The notes under the pieces: model-generated
What the model saw: only the letters and a program-made list of their open reading frames with translations
What the model was told of the DNA's origin: nothing
Database searches by the model: none
NCBI GenBank assembly: GCA_048941285.1
Contig: JBHLNS010000012.1
Coordinates: 1-64,000, forward strand
DNA from: Promethearchaeota archaeon
Lineage (GTDB): Archaea > Asgardarchaeota > Lokiarchaeia > Sigyniarchaeales > SOKP01
DNA: 64,000 nt
Direction: 5' to 3'
Made by a program: the position numbers and the translations under genes
Shown here: positions 18,371 through 27,967 of the stretch, piece by piece
Layout: every line of letters begins with the position of its first letter
How positions within the stretch are numbered: position 1 is the stretch's first letter

Positions 18371-19906
18371 ATAAAGATTCGCACGTTCGAACAATATGTT
18401 GAAGATTTAAAAAAAATGAAGCCGAATGTTTATATCGGTGAAGAAAAGGTAGGTAGGGATGACCCTCGTATCCAAGGAGGAATGAACATTATTAAAGAAA
18501 CTTTTGATCGTGCTCATGATCCAGAATATGAAGATTTATGCACAGCAACCTCACACTTAACTGGTAAAACTATAAATCGTTTTTGTCACATACACCAGAG
18601 TGAAGAAGATCTGCTAAAAAAGCAGAAAATGACTCGACTTTTATGTCATCGGGTTGGTGGGTGTATTCAGCGATGTATGGGAATTGATGCTATGAATGCG
18701 CTCTCAATTATTACTTATGAGATGGATCAAGCGCTCGGAACCGATCATTATAAGAGATTTTTGAAGTATTTAGAATATTTTCAAGATAGGGATATAGTGG
18801 CAAGTTGTGCGCAAACAGATGCTAAAGGAGATCGCTTAAAAAGACCCCATCAACAAGAAGACCCAGATCAATATTTAAGAGTTGTTGAAACTAGAAAAGA
18901 TGGCATTATTGTAAGAGGTTGTAAAATTAATATTACTAATACTCCCTATGCTGATGAGTTTATTGTTGTTCCATGTAGGTATATGGGTCCTGAAGATAAG
19001 GATTATGCTGTAGCATTTGCCTTACCTGGTGATTGGGAAGGAGTTAAATTACTAACTAGGCCAGCATATTATAGAAAAAGTGAGTTTATGAATGCTCCAG
19101 GATTAAAAATGGGAGATGCCGAAACATTCATCATCTTTGATGATGTTTTTGTTCCTAATGAACGAGTTTTTCTAAATGGCAATGCTGATCCGCGACAAAC
19201 TCCTTATGCTGGATTTTTAGCCCTAACTTTTGCTCATTATCATCGTCACACTTATACTGGCTGTAAACCAGCGATGTCGGAAGTTTTAGCCTCTGCTGCT
19301 GCTTTAGTTGCAGAATATAATGGTATTGAAAAAGCTTCTCATGTCCAAGATAAACTATCTCATATTATTGGGATTGCTGAACTAGTTTTTGCAGCTGGTG
19401 AATCAAGCGCTAAACATTCAGAAAAGTCTCCCTCTGGTACCCAAATTCCAGATGAAATACTTACAAATGCAGGTAGACGTTTAGCGGGAGAAAATATATA
19501 TGAAGAATACAGAATATTGGCAGATTTATCTGGAGGTTTGATTGCTACTTTACCTTATGAAGGATCGTTCTTCTCGGAAGAAGTAGGGGATCTTGCGATG
19601 AAATATCTAAAAAGAAACCCACGAGTTAAACCAGAATATATCTATCGTTGTTTTCGGGGCATTGAAGGAATGGTAGTATCCGATTTAGGGGGTTTAATGC
19701 AAGTTGCAGGAGTTCATGGTGGTGGATCTCCCCAAATGGAAACAATAACTATGATGATGCGTTATGATACTGAAAGACTTAAAGATATTTCAAAATATCT
19801 TTTTGGTATTAAATCTAAATTAAAAAAATACGAAAGGCCTACCGTCACTCCTCGGAAAATGTTGGAAAAATTTGGAAAAACGATGCAACGGAAGGATAAA
19901 AAATAA
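18371..19906 (+). CDS. abfD: 4-hydroxybutyryl-CoA dehydratase / 4-hydroxyphenylacetate 3-hydroxylase family protein
   Basis: GGCIQRCMGID, AQTDAKGDR, HRHTYTGCK and HGGGSPQ motifs. The family-type N-terminus (IRTFEQYVEDLKKM) lies upstream of ATG 18416, reaching back to ATA 18371. Confidence 0.85.
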   Translation: MKIRTFEQYVEDLKKMKPNVYIGEEKVGRDDPRIQGGMNIIKETFDRAHDPEYEDLCTATSHLTGKTINRFCHIHQSEEDLLKKQKMTRLLCHRVGGCIQRCMGIDAMNALSIITYEMDQALGTDHYKRFLKYLEYFQDRDIVASCAQTDAKGDRLKRPHQQEDPDQYLRVVETRKDGIIVRGCKINITNTPYADEFIVVPCRYMGPEDKDYAVAFALPGDWEGVKLLTRPAYYRKSEFMNAPGLKMGDAETFIIFDDVFVPNERVFLNGNADPRQTPYAGFLALTFAHYHRHTYTGCKPAMSEVLASAAALVAEYNGIEKASHVQDKLSHIIGIAELVFAAGESSAKHSEKSPSGTQIPDEILTNAGRRLAGENIYEEYRILADLSGGLIATLPYEGSFFSEEVGDLAMKYLKRNPRVKPEYIYRCFRGIEGMVVSDLGGLMQVAGVHGGGSPQMETITMMMRYDTERLKDISKYLFGIKSKLKKYERPTVTPRKMLEKFGKTMQRKDKK

Positions 19907-19937
19907 ATATAATTTTCAATTTTTTATTTTTCGAGAA

Positions 19938-20900
19938 TTACATAATACATAAAACAAATTGTTGAGTATCTGAAAGAGAGTCTAATTTAATATCATTTTT
20001 ATCAATTAAGAATTGCTCAATTGGTACTCCATTTTTAAATATTTTATTAAATTTTTCGGCGAAGATTTGATAAATACTTTTATTTCTTGAGATATATACT
20101 CCAATAAGCTCAAATGCTGGGTCAAAACTAGGTTGAATTAACTCATTATCGGTTAAACTAAAGTTACTAAAATTTTCATCTGTTACTCGGATTAGGATGT
20201 CTTTAAACTCTAAATTGAACTGCTCCACATGTTGTGTGAGAAGGGTAAATTCTTGACAGGAAATAAGGTCTTTAACAACGTCAGTATGAAAAATTACTCT
20301 AACATTAATGTTTTTCAGATTTTCTTTAATTCTATTCATTCCTAATCTCATAGATTCGCTAATTTCATCTGGAACCTTGTCAAGACTATATCTCTTTATC
20401 AAATCAATTAATGGATTATCATATCTGATACCAATAGCTATTTTGCATTCATTTTGAGCCAAGAAGGAATGATATGATTCATCAAAGTTTCGAATATTAT
20501 AATTAATGAATTCAACAGGTTCTTGGGTTATTTCTTGCTCCATGTTATAATTTTTGATGAAACTATCAAGAGCAGTTTCGCATTTCTCACTTTTTTCTTG
20601 GAATTCATTTTTAAGATCTTCAATACGTTTATTTATAATATTTTGCCATAAGGTCATTATTGGATTTGCGATATGGATTTTCATTGGTCTATCATAAATC
20701 TGGACAAGACCCAGATCACTTAATACTGAACAGATTTTATAACCTCTTTTTAATGAGAGATTAAATTGATTGCAGACTTCTTTTAAATTATCTATTCTTT
20801 TGTTCAATAGGAGATAATGATAAATTCTTTCAATTCCTTTTTCTATTATGCCTATTGAATCGAATAAATGGCTAAGAGGCAAAAATTCTGTTTCTTCCAT
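19938..20900 (-). CDS. TrmB-like wHTH transcription regulator
   Basis: N-terminal ERIYHYLL...EVCNQFNLSLKRGYKICSVLSDLGLV...RP, then a coiled segment and an effector-like C-domain. Confidence 0.7.
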   Translation of the reverse strand: MEETEFLPLSHLFDSIGIIEKGIERIYHYLLLNKRIDNLKEVCNQFNLSLKRGYKICSVLSDLGLVQIYDRPMKIHIANPIMTLWQNIINKRIEDLKNEFQEKSEKCETALDSFIKNYNMEQEITQEPVEFINYNIRNFDESYHSFLAQNECKIAIGIRYDNPLIDLIKRYSLDKVPDEISESMRLGMNRIKENLKNINVRVIFHTDVVKDLISCQEFTLLTQHVEQFNLEFKDILIRVTDENFSNFSLTDNELIQPSFDPAFELIGVYISRNKSIYQIFAEKFNKIFKNGVPIEQFLIDKNDIKLDSLSDTQQFVLCIM

Positions 20901-20904
20901 TAAA

Positions 20905-21441
20905 TCACCTATTACCAGTTTTTTCTAATGTTATCTCAGTAAGAACTTTAAAAGCATCATCTACATTGATATTCTCTTTAGCCGAAATTTCAACAAAACT
21001 TGCCATATCATTTTTTTCAGCAATTTGGATTCCATATTCTCTTTGGACTTCTCGTTGAGATTTTTCAAGGTCTAATTTTGAGCCAACTAGCATAATAGGT
21101 ATTTGCCCTCCTTTTTGTCTTACAATTGTGATCCATTCTGAAATATTATCTAAAGTAGAGGGTCTGGTGATATCGTATAGTAAAAAGGCAGCATTCGCCC
21201 CTAAACAATATGTTGGTAAGAGAAATCTAAATCTCTCTTCACCTCCAACATCCCATAATTGTAATTTTATTCTTTTATAATTTAACTCGATTGTCTTGAC
21301 GTGAAAATCTACACCAATCGTCAATCTTTCGCTCGGGTTGAAAATGTTATAACAATAGCGTTTTGTGAAAGATGTTTTGCCTACTGAAGCATCACCAAGT
21401 AATAAAATTTTATATGTATAATCATAATTCGCCATTTTCAT
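20905..21441 (-). CDS. Rab-like small GTPase
   Basis: GDASVGKT, TIGVDF, KLQLWDVGGEERF, LLYDIT, SKLD and EISAK motifs. Confidence 0.95.
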   Translation of the reverse strand: MKMANYDYTYKILLLGDASVGKTSFTKRYCYNIFNPSERLTIGVDFHVKTIELNYKRIKLQLWDVGGEERFRFLLPTYCLGANAAFLLYDITRPSTLDNISEWITIVRQKGGQIPIMLVGSKLDLEKSQREVQREYGIQIAEKNDMASFVEISAKENINVDDAFKVLTEITLEKTGNR

Positions 21442-21898
21442 TAAACCTTGATGTTATTAGATAAATAAATCAATTTTAGTATTTATATTATAATTCCTCT
21501 TATGTTATTACTTTAATGAAATACTACCCTTTTAAATATAATTTGAAATTTAATTATTTTCGTTTTAAGCACATACATTTATTGGAGCACTAAACCTCAA
21601 AAATTCTTTCAGTTTTTAATAAATTAAAAACTAGAATTTTCTATGCTGATAAGGATCACTTAGTATTTGATAACATTAGATATTCTGTAAAGTACAGTGA
21701 ATTGAAAATTAGCAATATAAAGATGTTATAGTATAAATTTTTTGGTCCTCTTCTTTTAAGGGTAGGGAAAGGTTTTGGTTATAATTGAAAAATTGAATTT
21801 ATTGAGACTTCCATCTCATTAAAAGACTCTAATCTCGATAATCTAGATATTCTTCAATTATTTTTTAAGTGAACCTCCAGATATTTATATTCAGAAAT

Positions 21899-22471
21899 TC
21901 ATATTTTTTTAAATAATTCCCTCATTTTTTCTTTTATTACAGGATTTAATTCTTTTTCAGCATGATTCTTTAATTCTTTATATACTAAAGGATTTTTAAT
22001 GAGATGTATGTGAGTATTTAAAAATCGTATAACTGCCCACCGAACAGAATCATCAGGATCCTTTAAAAGGGGTAATATAAAGTTTAGGTAACTCATATCA
22101 CCGGCTAATTCAATTTTTAATATTGTTCTAGCTCTTGTTACAAAATCAGGATGATATAAATGGGGAACTAAGACATGCTTGAGACTGTTATTCTTTACAA
22201 AATCTAGAATAAAATTAAAAATGTCCACTTTAAAATTGTGAATTTCAGTTGTCTTATGAATATAAGAATCGAGAACTGGTTCTATCTTTTTACCAAGTTT
22301 CAATAGGCTTTCAAAAGATATAAAAAAGTTCTGTGATAAATCAGATTTATGTAATTTTAGATTTTTAATTAATTTTTTAATAATTTTGTCGTCAACTTTC
22401 GAAATTTTTACAATATCCCAATTTATATTGTCTTCTTCCTCCCAGATTTTATTATCCCTTAAATAGCTCAC
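21899..22471 (-). CDS. HEAT-repeat protein
   Basis: LYHPDFVTRARTILKI and LLKDPDDSVRWAVIRFL are HEAT/PBS-like repeats. Confidence 0.7.
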   Translation of the reverse strand: MSYLRDNKIWEEEDNINWDIVKISKVDDKIIKKLIKNLKLHKSDLSQNFFISFESLLKLGKKIEPVLDSYIHKTTEIHNFKVDIFNFILDFVKNNSLKHVLVPHLYHPDFVTRARTILKIELAGDMSYLNFILPLLKDPDDSVRWAVIRFLNTHIHLIKNPLVYKELKNHAEKELNPVIKEKMRELFKKI

Positions 22472-22747
22472 TTAATACACTTTATAGTTTTATCTTTTAT
22501 CATTGAAAAAAGATAGGATTTGTCTTTTAATTGATTTATTATTAAATTGAAAATAAAAAAGGAAAATTAATCAAATTATCTCAGAATTTAATAATAAGTA
22601 AATAACAAATTATCACCTTAATAAATTCTATATATTCAAAAATGATGAACTTACACGTAATTTCAAAATGTAGGAATTTTTTAAGAAATTCAAAATTCCT
22701 AGAAAATTAAATCTTATTATCAAATAAATGTTTTTTCAGTAATCAGT

Positions 22748-23608
22748 TTACAATTTTAGTAAATTTAATACATTATTATAAAAAATGTCTTGTTTTTCCT
22801 CATTTGAGATTCTTGGAAGTGACAATATTTTTTCAATCTCAATTGGCAAAGTTGATGTTGTTGGAGAATCAGAACCAAAAATTACTCTCTTATGACCTAA
22901 CGTTTTAACAAGATTATATATACCAAGAGAAACAGAACAACTTGTCTCGAAGTAGATATTATTATATTTTTTTAATAAAATTGCAACTGAATAAGCATAT
23001 TCCATACAAAATGCTGCATGACCCACAATGATCTTTAAATCTGGAAATCTATTTGCCAATTTTGCGATTTCTTGTGGTTCAGAACCATTATGGAATTTAC
23101 TTTTTGGGTGAGAATGAATAAATAGAATGATTCTTTTATCATAATCCTGCATAAAAGATACTAACTTTAAAATTTCCTTAGGAAATTTAAAAAAGTTAAA
23201 ACTACCATGGATTTTAACACCGATAAAGTTTCGCTTAAAATGATCCTCTAGCAATTTATAATTTTCCTCTTCCTCTTCAGAATTTAATTTTGGGTTAAAC
23301 CAGAAAAATTTATAAAATCTTTCTGGTGCCTTTTTAGCTATATCAATTACATCATTATGATTTAGTTGTCCTTTTGGAATTATCTCCTTAAAATTATCTA
23401 TGTACTTAGTGAGATTATCTCTATCATCAACAATGGAAACAACTTCTCTTTGTTTTTGGTGAATTTTAGCCCTGTTAATTGTGGTTATGAATGCTTTTTC
23501 TACATTGTAGTGATCCATATAACTCACCACATCTGCATGTGGTGCTAGGAAAATTCCATAAGTATGAAGATGTGCATCAAAAATCTTAAAATCATTCTTA
23601 GGGATCAT
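22748..23608 (-). CDS. Amidohydrolase (TIM-barrel, Amidohydro_2-like)
   Basis: DAHLH, GVKIH, FIHS, IVGH and IFGSDSP motifs. Confidence 0.88.
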   Translation of the reverse strand: MIPKNDFKIFDAHLHTYGIFLAPHADVVSYMDHYNVEKAFITTINRAKIHQKQREVVSIVDDRDNLTKYIDNFKEIIPKGQLNHNDVIDIAKKAPERFYKFFWFNPKLNSEEEEENYKLLEDHFKRNFIGVKIHGSFNFFKFPKEILKLVSFMQDYDKRIILFIHSHPKSKFHNGSEPQEIAKLANRFPDLKIIVGHAAFCMEYAYSVAILLKKYNNIYFETSCSVSLGIYNLVKTLGHKRVIFGSDSPTTSTLPIEIEKILSLPRISNEEKQDIFYNNVLNLLKL

Positions 23609-23689
23609 TTTAAATCCTTTTAAATTAATGAAATTTGGAATTAATAATTAAAATAATAGACAAATTCTCTTAGAAAAAGGATAAAAAAC

Positions 23690-23959
23690 TTATAAATTTT
23701 TAATTTTTTCAATAATATTTTCTCGATTTTTTTCCCAATATTTGTCAACTGCTTTCTTTACCGCTTTTTTGGCTACTTTTTTTACAACAGTTCTTTTTAT
23801 CATGACTCCAAGAACATTCATCACTTTTTCAACCATAAGACTTTTAATGATCCCTTCCATAGATTCTCCTTTAGAAGCCTTATTAAGCCATTTATCAAAT
23901 ACTTTATCTACATTCTTATGAATTTTTTCTCTTAATTCTGAAGATACTTCTTCTTCCAT
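23690..23959 (-). CDS. Small hypothetical helical protein
   Basis: 89-aa Lys/Glu-rich ORF, co-directional with its neighbours. Confidence 0.65.
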   Translation of the reverse strand: MEEEVSSELREKIHKNVDKVFDKWLNKASKGESMEGIIKSLMVEKVMNVLGVMIKRTVVKKVAKKAVKKAVDKYWEKNRENIIEKIKNL

Positions 23960-24058
23960 AAATATTTCACAAAATTAATTTTAACTTCTTGATAATAATC
24001 AAATCTTATAAAATTATACAAATAAGAAAATCTTTAAAAAAAATTCACATCTTAATTC

Positions 24059-24940
24059 TTATTTATGTTTAATGAATGTACCATTTTGATATTCATTAAA
24101 AGCTATTCTTAATTCTTCATCTGTATTCATAACAATTGGACCACGCCAAGCTACTGGTTCTTTTAAAGGTTTCCCAGAGACTAATAAGAATCGAACTCCT
24201 TGTTCTTCTGTGCTTACTTTTATAAGATCTCCCTCTCGGAAAATTACTAAGGTTTCTTTTCCTACTAATTCTTCCCTATTATCATCAAAATATCCAGCAC
24301 CATGAATGGTATAAGCCAAAACGTTATATTCTTCTCTAATTTGATGAGTGAATTCTGAATTTGGATTAATTGTTATATCTAAATATTCAGGGTCAGTAAT
24401 AATATCCTGAACTGGGCCCTTAACACCATTTATCTCCCCAGAAATTATTTTAATTTTTATATTGTCATTATTAAAACATACTTCTGGAATTTGAATATTT
24501 TTGATGTCTCGATATCTAGGTTCCATCATTTTATGTGAAGCTGGGAGATTTGCCCAAAGTTGAAATCCCCAAAGTAATGAATCATGTTTATCTCTTTTAG
24601 GCATTTCTTGATGAATAATGCCTGATCCTGCTGTCATCCACTGAACATCACCAGCTTCGATAACTCCTTCATTCCCCAAACTATCTCCATGTTCAACTCT
24701 ACCATGTAACATATATGTAATTGTTTCTATACCACGATGAGGATGCCAGGGGAATCCTGCCATATAATCTTTGGGATCATCTGAATGAAAGTCATCGAGG
24801 AGTAAAAACGGGTCTAGCGATGAATCTGAATAACCAAAGGCTCTTTTTAATCTAACGCCAGCACCCTCAAAAGTTGGCCTGCTTTTCAATGTTACTTTAA
24901 TTTTTCTAATTTTGTCCATAATATTTAACTCTGAAATCAT
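24059..24940 (-). CDS. Pirin family protein
   Basis: DPFLLLD, GFPWHPHRGIETITY, WMTAGSGIIHQE and GPIVMNT motifs. Confidence 0.95.
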   Translation of the reverse strand: MISELNIMDKIRKIKVTLKSRPTFEGAGVRLKRAFGYSDSSLDPFLLLDDFHSDDPKDYMAGFPWHPHRGIETITYMLHGRVEHGDSLGNEGVIEAGDVQWMTAGSGIIHQEMPKRDKHDSLLWGFQLWANLPASHKMMEPRYRDIKNIQIPEVCFNNDNIKIKIISGEINGVKGPVQDIITDPEYLDITINPNSEFTHQIREEYNVLAYTIHGAGYFDDNREELVGKETLVIFREGDLIKVSTEEQGVRFLLVSGKPLKEPVAWRGPIVMNTDEELRIAFNEYQNGTFIKHK

Positions 24941-25030
24941 AAAGTTATTTCTTTGCTTTATAAAAACTAGACTATTTTAACAATATGTAAATAAAAAATA
25001 AATCATAACCACTTAATAACATCATTTAAT

Positions 25031-26242
25031 TTGAGAAATAAATTAGTCATTCCTATGTTAAACCATCGATTAATATTAGATTCAGTAAAGCCAAAACAGT
25101 TTGTTAAGGCAGCCATTCAATTCTTACAAAAACATGCTAAGGATAAAAAAGTGTTTTGTGCTTTATCGGGAGGGATTGATAGTGCAACCACGTATCTTTT
25201 GTTAAAAAAAGCAAAAATCAATACTATACCCGTTTTTATCGATCACGGGCTTATGAGAATCATTAAAGGAATAGAAGAGCGTGAATATATAAAAAAGCTT
25301 TTTCCAGATGTAAGAATTATTGACATTAGAAAGCATTTTCTACCAAAAATATATGGTGAAGGAGATGCAGAAAAAAAAAGGAAACTTTTCAAATCTGCTT
25401 ATTCAGAAATTATTAGTAAAATAATTCAGGAAGAAAAGTGTGATTTTCTTGCAGACGGTACTATTCTTCCAGATATAGAGGAGAGTTTTGGTGTTAAAGT
25501 TACCGATCTAAAGGAAACAATGAATCTTAACGAAGAAAAAGAACTATTAGAGAAACATCGTGAAGGTTTTGTAAAAAGTCAGCATAATGTTGAAATCGAA
25601 TATAATGTTAAGGCAACTATTCAGCCAGTTGCTAGTCTTACAAAACATGAAATTCGAAAAATCCTTGAATACTTTAAAATGCCACTGGAACTTATTTATA
25701 GGAAAGCTTTTCCAGGACCAGCACTCTCGGCCAGAATTATTGGACCTGTCTCTGAAGAAAACTTATCTTTTGAGAAGAAAGTCCACGATTTAGTTGAATC
25801 TTCAGTAGAAAAATATTATGAAGAGAAATATGGAAAAACTATGATTATTAATACGGAGGGAGAACAAGAGCCATTTCAAGTGTTTGCAGCAATAAGTGAA
25901 GATATTCTTAATAAAAAAGTGACGGGATTAGCTCAGGGTAAAAGGGTTTATGATTATCCTTTATCAGAAAAAGATGAGTGGGATTATAATACCCTAATCG
26001 AAAAAGCTTCTAAAATAAAAACACATGCCAGATTGTTTTATGAATTGGGCGATAATCAGCAAGGTAAATATGATATCGTAATTAGATCTATTAATAGTAG
26101 AGATGCAAGAACAGCCACAGTTACAAATTTACCATTTGAATTACTGAATAAGTTAAAAGAAAGACTCCTTAATGTATCACAATCTAAAACTGTATATTTT
26201 GATGTCACTCCAAAACCCCCGGCAACTATAGAATATGTATGA
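25031..26242 (+). CDS. guaAB: GMP synthase ATP-pyrophosphatase subunit (archaeal subunit B)
   Basis: ALSGGIDS, FIDHGLMR, GTILPDIEES, KSQHNV, FPGPALSARI and DVTPKPPATIE motifs. No glutaminase domain. Confidence 0.85.
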   Translation: MRNKLVIPMLNHRLILDSVKPKQFVKAAIQFLQKHAKDKKVFCALSGGIDSATTYLLLKKAKINTIPVFIDHGLMRIIKGIEEREYIKKLFPDVRIIDIRKHFLPKIYGEGDAEKKRKLFKSAYSEIISKIIQEEKCDFLADGTILPDIEESFGVKVTDLKETMNLNEEKELLEKHREGFVKSQHNVEIEYNVKATIQPVASLTKHEIRKILEYFKMPLELIYRKAFPGPALSARIIGPVSEENLSFEKKVHDLVESSVEKYYEEKYGKTMIINTEGEQEPFQVFAAISEDILNKKVTGLAQGKRVYDYPLSEKDEWDYNTLIEKASKIKTHARLFYELGDNQQGKYDIVIRSINSRDARTATVTNLPFELLNKLKERLLNVSQSKTVYFDVTPKPPATIEYV

Positions 26243-26261
26243 AAATTTGGATACTTCCTCT

Positions 26262-27893
26262 CTATATTCCTCCTTTTTCTTCAGTTAATAAAGTAAACCA
26301 TTTAAATAGTCTTTTGAAAAAACTTCCTTTAACTTCATGCAATTTAGCATAATTTATTCCGATATATTCTAATCTTTTAATGAGTTCAAATAACCTTTCA
26401 TAAAAGTGCGAATAATTTTTCTTTTTTTTAAGAGTCCATCCAATTTCTGCAAAAGCCATGAGACGTGGAAAGGTTTGCCATTCTATACGGTTATTATTAG
26501 GGGTATATTCTCCCCACATAAGTGCTTCTAACCCCAATATATTTTTATGATACTTCTTATCAAGTTTTTTTGGTATTGGCTCAAATTTATATGCCCGTTT
26601 TAATGGGGTAAAAGAATAAGAATGATCCAAATAGGTATATTTAAAATCAGAAATAATGGCTTCTCCTCCTTTAGTAATATGATTAAAGACTTTTTTCTTA
26701 CTACGAAACCAATACTGGCAAATAATTTTTTCTTTTAAATTTTTATCCAAAACATCATTCCAACATATTACTTCTTGGCCTTTAGAATTCAAATACCTAG
26801 ATACCCTATTTATAAAATAGGATTGTAAATCTTTTTCATCTTTTAACCCTTCTGATTTTAGTCTATTTTGGCAAACAGGGCATACTTTCCATCTATCCTT
26901 AAGTACTTCATCTCCTCCTATATGCACTATATTTGAAGGAAAAATGGCCATTATTTCTTGTAAAACTCTATTTACAAATTCAAAAACCTCATCTTTACCT
27001 ACACAAATTATGTCTTTATGAAAACCCCAATGTGTGGAAACTTTAAACGGATATTCTTTACAGCTTAAATTTGGATAAGATGCTAGAACGGCTCTGGAGT
27101 GCCCTGGTAAATCTATTTCTGGTATAATATCGACAAATCTATTTTTTGCATACTTTATAATCTCTTGAATATCTTCTTGTGAATAATGTCCTTTATGGGG
27201 GATTCCGTCTCGTCGTTTACTAAGACGTCCCCCTGATTGGGTTTCCTCTCTCTTTGAGCCAATTTCAGTAAGTTTAGGATACTTTTTGATTTCAATCCTC
27301 CATCCTTGATCATCAGTTAAGTGCCAATGGAAACGGTTCATCTTAAAAAGAGATATGAGGTCAAGCAATTTTTTGACAACTTCTTTTCCTTGAAAATGTC
27401 TTGCCTCATCTAACATATAGCCACGCCAAGGGAATCTTGGATAATCTTGTATTTTTAGGCATGGAATCTTCCAATAAACCTCTTTAACTATTTTTTTACT
27501 CTCGATTTCAATAGGTAGGAGTTGTCTCAATGTTTGGATACCATAAAAAATTCCCGCAGTATTATTAGCTGAAATCTCAATTTTTGAAGGATTTATTTCA
27601 AGATTATAGCCTTCGTTTCCTAACTTATTTACCTCATTTAGCTGTATCAGCTTAATAGAATTTTCATTTAATGGAATATTATTATTATTTTGTATAGATA
27701 ATTTGAATCCTGTTGAAATATATAGAAATTTCTTTAAATATTCACTTAAATCAATAAACTTTTGATCTGAACAGATCAGGCTACTTTCTGTTAGATTAAA
27801 ATTTCCTGAGGAAATTTTTAGCGATACAGGTTCTGGAATAATAGCTATATTTGTAATTAAAGTCACACTCTTGCTTCTTGTTAAATCATTCAA
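26262..27893 (-). CDS. Beta-N-acetylhexosaminidase (GH20)
   Basis: DYPRFPWRGYMLDEARHF, HWHLTDDQGWR, PEIDLPGH, HIGGDE and WGEY motifs. Confidence 0.95.
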   Translation of the reverse strand: MNDLTRSKSVTLITNIAIIPEPVSLKISSGNFNLTESSLICSDQKFIDLSEYLKKFLYISTGFKLSIQNNNNIPLNENSIKLIQLNEVNKLGNEGYNLEINPSKIEISANNTAGIFYGIQTLRQLLPIEIESKKIVKEVYWKIPCLKIQDYPRFPWRGYMLDEARHFQGKEVVKKLLDLISLFKMNRFHWHLTDDQGWRIEIKKYPKLTEIGSKREETQSGGRLSKRRDGIPHKGHYSQEDIQEIIKYAKNRFVDIIPEIDLPGHSRAVLASYPNLSCKEYPFKVSTHWGFHKDIICVGKDEVFEFVNRVLQEIMAIFPSNIVHIGGDEVLKDRWKVCPVCQNRLKSEGLKDEKDLQSYFINRVSRYLNSKGQEVICWNDVLDKNLKEKIICQYWFRSKKKVFNHITKGGEAIISDFKYTYLDHSYSFTPLKRAYKFEPIPKKLDKKYHKNILGLEALMWGEYTPNNNRIEWQTFPRLMAFAEIGWTLKKKKNYSHFYERLFELIKRLEYIGINYAKLHEVKGSFFKRLFKWFTLLTEEKGGI

Positions 27894-27967
27894 AAATTAA
27901 AAATTAAAATAATTATTAAAATTAATTACGAATTGAAGATTATTACTAAAATTTTTTTTTTAAAATC

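Noticed and set aside
21560-21890. Possible decayed gene on the minus strand after a GGAGGT motif
   Set aside because: Multiple stops and no recognisable family.
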